A stretch of 8,147 bases of DNA from Neoechinorhynchus agilis. Lineage: Eukaryota; Animalia; Acanthocephala. Both the position numbers and the translations under genes were made by a program. The notes beneath the pieces are model-generated. The model did no database searches, had not been told where the DNA came from, and was given only the letters and a program-made list of their open reading frames with translations. The stretch spans positions 1 to 8,147 of the forward strand of contig JBMGUZ010000089.1 of the NCBI GenBank assembly GCA_051530055.1, read 5' to 3'. This document shows positions 1-6,799 of this stretch, piece after piece. How positions within the stretch are numbered: position 1 is the first letter of the stretch; the number at the start of each line of letters is the position of its first letter.

Positions 1-936
1 ACTCATCTGAGAGCTGTACATATAAAATACGCTCGAGACCAGCCCTCACCTTGTCGTCGAGCTCAGCCAATCCTTCCTTATGTTTGGGGTAAAGAGTGCG
101 TTCTTTATCAGAAATAATGCTTCGTGAGCCGAAAGAGCGCTGACCCTATCACACAGCAACGAAAGTTTCGGTATGATGTGGCCGATCTCAGCTTCCACAT
201 TTGAATCAAAGACGCAACTACCCATGAGGCTGAGTTGCTCTGGAGTATGAGCTCTATGTCAATTCTCGAGGTCTCCCTAATCAGCGTCTCCAAATCGCAC
301 AGAACAACGGAGGAATCACCTCCGAGCGTAGCCGCATCCAAATACCAAGCGCTGAAGCTGGAATGGAGAGTGCGCTATGAGATTTACTGTTAGGGAGAAT
401 GCGATTGGACCGAGAGGATCTTTATGCTGCTCTCCCCTTTCGGACCAAATAAGGTGGTCTTCGAAAAGCAAAGGAGTCGCGGTCCCGTGAGCATTGAGAA
501 AACACTGGAAGGCTTATGGTACGTGATCCCAAATTGTAAAGAACATGCATTCTCTATTGATAGAGTTAAAGGCGTTCTGAAAATCCCTCAAAACGGCAAC
601 GAAACCCTTCCTTCGTGGGTCCCTTACGAACCTCGCGAAATTTCATTTCGAAATTGTGAAATATCTGTTCGAAGGAGTCGACGACACTTCAGAATCATCA
701 CTGGTGGAGGCAATCGTTAAGGAATCCCGTAAATGTTATGGCGACCTGATGTCGTGCGCCCCTTGGGATCCGTTTCAGGACGTTCCTGAGCAGAACCGGC
801 ACTATATCAGGTATCGAAATAGAGTCAGTGGTGATCTGAGTCGTCCCTGGGATTGTGGTGGAGAACCAGACCCGCTACAGCGGGGACCATGGGCAAACAA
901 ACCCCTAAAATATGTTAATTTAAGACTTATCGCAAA
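1..936 (-). pseudogene. Disrupted CRE-like RT ORF (possible N-terminal zinc-finger remnant, RT core, thumb)
   Basis: Stops and frameshifts throughout; catalytic YLDD reads YLDA (344-333). FAISLKLTYFRGLFAHGPRC (936-877) becomes C-x2-C...H-x3-C with two single-base changes (TTT/AGT to TGT), which is inference. Track ORF 108..341 is one fragment of this ORF. Confidence 0.75.
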
Positions 937-1025
937 CCGATCGGAAGCGTTGTTTTTCTCGGGTTGAGCGCGATCGATAAGTTGCGCGTTCAAGGTGTCT
1001 TCGTCAGTAGCGTCGATTGTAGGCG
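1..1025 (-). mobile_element. CRE-clade-like (RLE-type) non-LTR retrotransposon remnant, internally deleted, running off the left edge of the window
   Basis: Minus-strand translation across frameshifts gives, in the expected order: VLKRIPRGARHQVA (781-740), VAVLRDFQNAFNSINR (D at 585-583), SERGEQHKDPLGPIAFSL (G at 435; cf. GVQQGDPLGP), SAWYLDAATLGG (Y at 344; cf. WYLDD), LSLMGSCV, PKLSLLCDRVSALSAHEALFLIKN and LAELDDKVRAGLERILYVQLSDE. The WYLDD / DFxNAFN / QQGDPLGP / HxALxLL combination is characteristic of CRE-clade RTs. The 5' boundary is uncertain and probably continues beyond the LINE, from 5096. Confidence 0.8.
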
Positions 1026-1038
1026 ATATGAACGCAGT
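1026..1038 (+). repeat. Left target-site duplication of the LINE (ATATGAACGCAGT)
   Basis: 13/13 identical to 5083-5095, which directly follows the LINE AATAAATAAA tail. Confidence 0.92.
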
Positions 1039-1840
1039 GTGGAAGCGGTTGAATGCGTGCAAATTTTGGTTCGCAAATTTGCGCTGACAATTTTTTGGAT
1101 CATTTAAGACCCCCGGATACTCCAGATGGACCGGGAACCTCTAAGGTTAGTATTGGCGAAGGTAGAAATTTGTTAGATATAATTCCTAATTCAAGTTTTG
1201 ATGGAGATTTGGGAGCATCGTTGAAAAATAGGTATAATCTCCGACCAATTAAAAAGGAGGACTATATTGTTGTCATTAAAAATGAAGATCTGTTCAAAAA
1301 AGAAATTGGAATAAAAATATCGCAAACGAATTCGCCAAAGCTTATCCGAAAAATTCTAAGCTTTTCAAAAGAATATTTTCCAATCAATATTCTCATAAAA
1401 TTGTCTTTTTTCATAAAAACATAAGAAGGATTTCCTGAAATACCTATCTACTACTGACATTCCCCACTCAGATTTCTCCAGGAAATGCAACATCTTGATG
1501 CTAAATCCCCCGCCTGAGATAGATGATGAAGATAAAAAATATATAAGAGATCAGCTGGGAATAATATTTTTAAATTACCTCTTTAAGCCAAATTGCCAAA
1601 TCCCAAATGCAATGTTGGGACAGGCATTGACAATGCATGTAGAAGGGACGAGTTGTCGATCGGATTACTTGGTTTTAACGTCACCTTCGCAGTATTCAAG
1701 AATGAGATGGATGATTTTTTAGGGTTGGGGCGCACGGCATACAGATGCGGTAAAAATGTAGCTTGCACTCACTGCAGTGGGGAGCACTTGTCCAGTAATT
1801 GCAAAAAAACAAATCCTGTAGAAAATGTGTTAACTGCGGT

Positions 1841-1850
1841 TTGAACCATA
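1841..1850 (+). repeat. Left TSD of the SINE (TTGAACCATA)
   Basis: 10/10 identical to 2181-2190. Removing the insert plus one copy restores the C-x2-C-x3-H-x6-C knuckle. Confidence 0.92.
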
Positions 1851-2115
1851 TTTATTTTATTTATTTGATCGCACGCGCATACTGTTAGTTTATGAGTTGT
1901 TTTCATCAGATTGATTTGATTGATCGTACGACGTCTTCTTTTGGGCCCCTCGGCTATATTCCTTTGGGGCCTTTTTCGGCTGATCTGCACACAACGGAGG
2001 CGCTTAGCCGCACTCGAAGGGACAGGGCCAACCCACTTTGGGGCCAATGGGTGATCTCAAACCTGACCCCCGCCCTTAATGCAGCCTCGCACACCCGTGG
2101 GACCCAGCGGCCGGT

Positions 2116-2126
2116 GGCATTGAACC
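2116..2126 (-). promoter_or_regulatory. RNA Pol III type 2 promoter B box (SINE)
   Basis: GGTTCAATGCC matches GGTTCRANNCC. The flanking GATGG/CCACC form 4 of 5 T-stem pairs. Confidence 0.8.
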
Positions 2127-2159
2127 ATCGAGATATCGAGGGTATTGTGAACGCGCACA

Positions 2160-2170
2160 CCACACGGCCA
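2160..2170 (-). promoter_or_regulatory. RNA Pol III type 2 promoter A box (SINE)
   Basis: TGGCCGTGTGG versus consensus TRGCNNARYGG, 10 nt from the SINE 5' end. Confidence 0.75.
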
Positions 2171-2180
2171 CTTATCCCCA

Positions 2181-2190
2181 TTGAACCATA
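2181..2190 (+). repeat. Right TSD of the SINE
   Basis: Identical to 1841-1850. Confidence 0.92.
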
Positions 2191-2585
2191 AGGCATACGA
2201 TACCACATGCGAGGAGGCAAAAAGTATTTGAATTTTTTCATTAACAGTGGCGAGAGTAGGATAATGGAGACAAGGGATCAGTAAAATATATTTCTCAAAA
2301 TGCTCGGCAAGAGCCAGATTTGAAGTCCATCAAATTTTGATTTGCTAAAGAAAATGAGGGCTTGAAAGAGGCGTTGAAAGGTTTTCAAAATATTACAAAG
2401 GAGCTTGACGCTATAGGAAATGAGAGTAAGGAATTGAAAAGTTCCTTAAAAAGCTTAATTGAAACCTTAGAAAAGGTTAGAATGGGAGGGGGCGACGTTG
2501 AAGGTTGAGGAGGCATTAAAAAGAGCTTTGTCTATTCCCAGTCTGGAAGCTACCGAACCCGATTCAGGACCGACCAAGAAGGTAT

Positions 2586-5040
2586 ATGCAAACAGATAGT
2601 GTTCGTTTTTTACATGTAATATTGGAAAATCCAGGAACTTAGATAAATTAGAATCCATGTTAAAGGACAATAATGATTTGTTTGGAGGGTTTTAAAAGAA
2701 ACAGGGACCTTTCCATCATTTAGCTTACCTATTTATGAATGTTCTTTAACTAAGCCCATCTACCCATCAAATAGCAAAAACTACTCCGGTGGTTTACAAT
2801 CATTTTTGAGAAACGATATTCAACCGAAAATGATCTGTGAAATTCATACGAATGAGCACGTTATTCAGATAATATCATCCCTGAATCCCTTTCTAAATAA
2901 GGAAGCTTATTGCGGGCCTTAAAATAATTTGGGTGAATTTCTGCCGCAATCCAAAGTGTAACATTAGAAAATCATTAGATGTCATGAAAGAGCTCTTAGA
3001 AGTTTGGAAGCCTGATATCATGACTGGTGACTTCAATAATAATTACTTGAATGCCTTTAGAAGCTTATTCTCATCTAACTATACCACCATTATCTCTCAA
3101 GAACCCTCGTTCCACAATTGGTCGCGAGGATTTCACTCTTTTATAGATGGAGCAATAGTAAGTAAAGGTTTGAATGCTTTATTCACCTAGGAAATCCAAA
3201 TGAGAATGAGCTGGCGTCTGGGTCATGATGCTTTGTTCTTCACAAGCACTGGCCGAGTCTCTGAAAAAGCGTATAAAATTAACACAAAATCTATTTTGTT
3301 TTTTAATAAATTTTTATTGGAACGAATTACCGCAATTGTTAATCATGACTCATTGATGATGAGGTTTAATCAGCTGTGCTGCTTAGCTCAGAGTTGATCT
3401 TAAAACAAACTAGAAACGCAGGCTTTAGGCGTCGTCAAGATCGCAATTTGGGATTTCTTATTAAATTAGAAATTGAAGTTAGAGAAAGCGAACATCACTC
3501 AATTGCCCAAGTATTTAAAAAAATACTTCTCTTCTATTGGAAGGATATTAAAAAAGAGAGGAAAAATCTATTGAAATGTGCAGCTTTCTCTAAAAAATGA
3601 ATGGAGATTAATAAAGTCAAACGTATTTTGATTCCCAAAAATATTTGCAAAAAGATCACGCAGGCCAAGAAACTGAGGCCCATTTCCATTCAAGAACCCC
3701 TCATTTCCATAATTGAAAGAGCGATGGCATGGAAGCTCTTAGATTTCGTTCAAGATAATCATTTAATTCCGCCTTTCATGCACGGTTTTGTTCCATAGAG
3801 AGGTGTCCACAGTCTGATGGAACAATTAATGGATTTATCTAGACAAAGACAACGATATGTCAACGTGTTGCTACAATTAGACATAACGAAAGCGTTCGCT
3901 GAAATTGATCGCTTTTTTATCTATAAGGCTTTAAGATTTGTCAAAGTGCCTAAAAAACTTATCTACCATACTATGATCCTATTAGAGACAAAGGGGGACT
4001 TTTTGAGCTTGATAAGGATAAGAGAATTTTCTATCGTGTTCATGGAGTCCGTCAAGGCTCATCTTTATCACCAATCTTTTTTGTGGTAGCTATGCCTTTT
4101 TTATTCAAAAACTTCAGGCTTGAAAATGGATCTGAAATTTTAGTTTACGCGGATGATATTTCCTTTTTTTAACAGGGAGGTTTCTGAGAAATATCCCAGA
4201 GGCAATTAAAAGTTGCTTGCAGAAAATAGGAAAACTACTGGGGAAAGCTCATCTGGATATAAATCTCCAAAAATGTCTTATTATCCCTATCAACCAGACC
4301 AGAGCAACTAATCTTAGAATTTCAACACTTTTATCTAATTTTAGAGAGTTGTCGAAGGTTTAGAAAAATAGCAAGTTATTAGGACTCCAGGTCCCGTTAT
4401 TTGGATACCCGATTTACGAGTTGGAAAAGAATTCGAAATATGTTTTACAAAGCTAAACTCATATTGAAAAGGGGGAAACGTTTAGGTATAAATGATAAAA
4501 TGGTGATAAATATAACTAAAACCCTTATTTTTGGTACAATTTGTTTTTTTATAAGAGGCAGACCACCAGAACAACGACTAATGATGTTTTTTAAAATCTT
4601 CCCGGTTGTTAAAAAGATCAAGTTCTTATCAGCGGAATCAAATATGGCATTGAATAAAGATCTGACTATTTTATTTTTATCCAAAATATAATATTATAGC
4701 TGTAAATATAAATTCACAAAACTTGTTTTTAATTCACACAATCAAATGTGCCTGCAACTAATGAAAGCAAAGTTTTATTCAACTAATTTTAAAGAAATTA
4801 TAATCCGAGACTTTCTTAAGAAAAACCTTGATCATTTTTTAGAATCATTTGTATTCCCCTTCACAAACGGTGAGTTACCTTAACTGATCTTAGGACCATT
4901 TATAGGAAATGGAAGTATTCGAAACCAAACACGGCTAAATGCGCTTATTCTTTGTTTTGATAATTGCGCAGAGACGCAAAAGTGTGCGCAATAACGACTA
5001 AATCTCGAGCAATTGTAGAAAAGGATTGTAATTGAGGTTC
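2586..5040 (+). pseudogene. LINE ORF2 (APE endonuclease + reverse transcriptase), multiply disrupted
   Basis: Probable start MQTDSVRF(F)TCNIG (ATG 2586, one T missing in the T-run). APE motifs: LKET (2692-2703; cf. LQET), SGGLQSFLRND (2785), GDFN (3026-3037), PSF...SFID, GHD (3221-3229). RT motifs: ILIPK, LRPISI (3673-3690), HGFVP*RG, LDITKAF (3877-3897), GVRQGSSLSP (4044-4073), YADD (4146-4157), LDINLQK (4253), KLLG (4373-4384). At least 6 frameshifts and 5 in-frame stops. The 3' end coordinate is approximate. Confidence 0.92.
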
Positions 5041-5073
5041 TTAGAAAATGAATGATTGTAACCAGTATGAGTT

Positions 5074-5082
5074 AATAAATAA
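5074..5082 (+). other. LINE 3' end: AATAAA and short (TAAA)n tail
   Basis: GTTAATAAATAAA directly abuts the right TSD. Confidence 0.75.
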
Positions 5083-5095
5083 ATATGAACGCAGT
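5083..5095 (+). repeat. Right TSD of the LINE
   Basis: Identical to 1026-1038. Confidence 0.92.
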
Positions 5096-5303
5096 TTGCT
5101 GCTTGTTTTAAGTCGAGATTTTCTTTGAGAACTGAGCCTTCGAATTGTCAGAATTTTATGGCGGTTGGATTGATTGTTGGCGATTATGTGGTCGTCGGTC
5201 CTTGAATTTCCGAATATGCAACACGCTTTTAAAATTGAGTACTTCATTGCTGCGTGGGTAACAGAGTCAGCCTATTCATTAAACGGTCTCCCTCTCGTAA
5301 TTC

Positions 5304-5524
5304 ATTATAAGATCATCGATAGAAAGTCCTTCGGGATAATAAAATTACACTTTCGGTGGGAATATTCCCGGTCATTACATATTTCATTTATACGAAATAT
5401 TTCGCGAGGTATCCTCGCCTCTTCAGTCATCTAAAAATACCTCGCGGAATATTTAGAATAAATAAAATATGTAATGACCGGGATTATTCTCACCGAAAGT
5501 GTAATTATAAGATCATTTCGGGAT
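5304..5524 (+). repeat. Imperfect local tandem duplication, split by the MITE
   Basis: ATTATAAGATCAT at 5304-5316 and 5504-5516; TTCGGGAT at 5330-5337 and 5517-5524. The left copy has 13 extra bases between the two blocks. Confidence 0.6.
5348..5501. mobile_element. MITE / fold-back element, 154 bp, TA target duplication (Tc1/mariner-type by TSD)
   Basis: Inverted arms 5343-5412 and 5437-5506 match at 64/70 with a 24-bp spacer. Termini read TA|CACTTTCGGTG ... CACCGAAAGTG|TA. No coding capacity. The superfamily is inferred from the TA TSD only. Confidence 0.8.
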
Positions 5525-5975
5525 TTCTATTACACCCTACGTCGCTGATAGTCACATGGCATTTTATCGCTTTTCAAACTAATTTTCAATCCCCGACTAA
5601 TCTCCCAATTAGACTCCTTCGACTTCCCATGCTTTTTATTTTGGTTCTTGTACTGTGGAAGGAACGTTTCGGTCCGCAATATCTAAATCCGGCTTCGTAA
5701 ATTTCATATACCACAAACGAAAGAGCTCTAAAGAAATATTTTGAATTCAGGAGTAGATTTCGTCTTCGTTGACCTTAATGATCCTTCATCAAAGTGCTTG
5801 AAAGGAGCAATCAGGTCTACTGTCTCGATCGAGATTATTTCATCTCAATACCCCACTTTCTCCTCGAATAATTCGACGACTTATTTGGATCTGTGCCTCA
5901 GGCCGAGAGCGTGATGGCTCAAGCTTTTAGCATAAACCCAATCAGTGGTTTATCTTCGCACGGCAGATGATTTGA

Positions 5976-6452
5976 TTATGTAGAACTTCGAGCACAGATA
6001 ACTTTTAGGTAAAACAGACGACCATCTCCACCAGCTACAACCTTTTTCCCTTTCTCTTTGATGAGAAAAATACGCTTCGAGAGGTTCATAATAGCCCATT
6101 CGACAGGAGACGCACTGACCATAGCTTTAGCGATATCGGCGATGTTGACCTTGTCGAGTACATTCGTGGCTTTCAAACATATTGATGAGCCGTTATCGAA
6201 AATCTTATCCCTTGATCTCCACAATTGAACAATATCAGAGGCTTAAAGATCATGGCGTCTTGGCTTGACAGGCAAGGAAACTGCATATAATGCTGGTAAG
6301 CATTCTCCAGAATGAAAGTCACAAAGAGTTTTGACCACGTTGTTGAGGCCCGAGGTTTTAATCCACGATGTAGCTGCTTGCTGCGAAGGAACGAATTTTT
6401 TCTTAGAGGCAACGCGATACCATTGAGAAGAGTTGGGAGGAGTGATTTGATT
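5976..6452 (-). pseudogene. Unassigned quasi-ORF (159 codons, one internal TAA), possibly TE-derived
   Basis: One frame stays open from 6452 to 5976 except TAA at 6245-6243: NQITPPNSSQWYRVASKKKF...RRHDL*ASDIVQLWRSRDKIF...GGDGRLFYLKVICARSST. No diagnostic domain recognised. Confidence 0.3.
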
Positions 6453-6572
6453 CTACCTCTATCCTTGTTCAGTTGGAAACGAGCTCTACAAGGCCAGTGT
6501 AATGCTGACCAGAATTTAATTCCTCCCGTAAAGGGAAAGAGCACGCGGGGTTTCATCGAAGCAATTAATTTG

Positions 6573-6588
6573 CCTAACTATAGTTAGG
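6573..6588. repeat. Perfect 16-bp palindrome CCTAACTATAGTTAGG
   Basis: Exactly self-complementary. An imperfect palindrome GCAATTAATTTGC lies at 6561-6573. Confidence 0.95.
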
Positions 6589-6611
6589 AGTCTACACCCG
6601 GTAAATGAGTA

Positions 6612-6665
6612 TTTATTAAAGACGTTTCGAAGCTCGTCGGGTTCATCATCAGTTTGTTAGTAATA
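6612..6665 (-). ncRNA. Candidate minimal type I hammerhead ribozyme of the Penelope pLTR type, followed by AAUAAA
   Basis: Minus strand: UAUUACUAACAAA-CUGAUGA(6652-6646)-U-GAACCCGACGAGCUUC-GAAAC(6628-6624)-GUC(6623-6621)-UUU-AAUAAA(6617-6612). The catalytic core is complete, stem III is reduced to palindromic ACGU, stem II is GAA/UUC plus imperfect pairs, and stem I is AAA/UUU plus UAUU/AAUA across a 6-nt bulge. Confidence 0.65.
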
Positions 6666-6799
6666 GACGGCTAATCACATTCCCCGGTACCTCACATATC
6701 GACATTTTTAAGCTTAGGATGTTCGCCGAGAACTCTTCGAGCCCACTCCGAGGAATCAGTTTCCCACGTAGTAAAGACTTTAAGAAGAATAACAGCTTA

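Larger units (their letters stand above)
1851..2180 (-). mobile_element. tRNA-derived SINE, 330 bp, antisense within LINE ORF1
   Basis: Minus strand starts TGGGGATAAG, carries an A box TGGCCGTGTGG (2170-2160) and a B box GGTTCAATGCC (2126-2116) 33 nt apart, and ends in CAAATAAATAAAATAAA. It has a perfect 10-bp TSD and is visibly more GC-rich than the host LINE. Confidence 0.88.
1095..2599 (+). pseudogene. LINE ORF1 (gag-like nucleic-acid-binding protein), frameshifted and interrupted by a SINE
   Basis: Intact knuckle CTHCSGEHLSSNC (1764-1802). Reconstructed knuckle CVNCGLNH|KAYDTTC (1826-1850 joined to 2191-2210). Degenerate first knuckle RWMIFLGLGRTAYRC (1705-1748, one T missing). Heptad-like segment EGLKEALKGFQNITKELDAIGNESKELKSSLKSLIETLEKV (2356-2478). 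Probable end PTKKVYANR* (TAG 2597-2599). The start at 1095 (TTG, LDHLRPPD) as a mutated ATG is inference. Track ORFs 1053..1424, 1495..1722 and 1593..1844 are fragments. Confidence 0.85.
1039..5082 (+). mobile_element. Full-length, decayed two-ORF LINE (APE-type non-LTR retrotransposon); 3704 bp once the SINE and one SINE TSD copy are removed
   Basis: 13-bp TSD, ~55-nt 5' UTR, gag-like ORF1 with three CCHC knuckles, ORF2 with APE and RT motifs in the correct order, and a 3' AATAAA/(TAAA)n tail at 5074-5082. Confidence 0.92.

Noticed and set aside
424-967. Track ORFs 424..720 and 656..967 (+) as genes; likewise 1583..1768, 1769..2047, 1892..2191, 1954..2241, 2467..2670, 4445..4684, 5356..5700, 7283..7477 and 7644..7859
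   Set aside because: They are antisense or off-frame shadows of TE coding remnants, or run through non-coding SINE/MITE sequence; no independent protein motifs.
985-1010. CTGACGA...GAAC on the minus strand as a hammerhead
   Set aside because: GAAC instead of GAAA, no NUH/stem I arrangement, and it lies in the CRE-like coding region.
1885-1910. CTGATGA in the SINE 3' region (minus strand) as a hammerhead
   Set aside because: Not followed by stem II and GAAA.
2100-2180. Functional tRNA gene
   Set aside because: Only the promoter boxes and a partial T-arm are present, with no acceptor or anticodon stem; it is the head of a TSD-flanked SINE.
2586-5040. Alternative genetic code (stop-codon reassignment) as the explanation for in-frame TAG/TAA/TGA
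   Set aside because: All three stop types occur, they do not map consistently to one amino acid at conserved positions, most are one substitution from a plausible sense codon, and they accompany many frameshifts. Ordinary decay explains them; some homopolymer indels could be sequencing error.
5635-5700. Second hammerhead-like vestige on the minus strand (CGAAACGTT with AATAAA downstream)
   Set aside because: No CUGANGA core (the best candidate is TTACGAAG) and no convincing stem I. At most a decayed relic; not supportable.
5823-5834. 12-bp palindrome TCTCGATCGAGA
   Set aside because: Isolated and not linked to any boundary or motif; no function can be supported.
5760-6000. LTR-retrotransposon integrase remnant on the minus strand (VLEVLHNQ; IISIETVDLIAPF)
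   Set aside because: The motif resemblance is weak and scattered over different frames, with no HHCC or DDE spacing recoverable.
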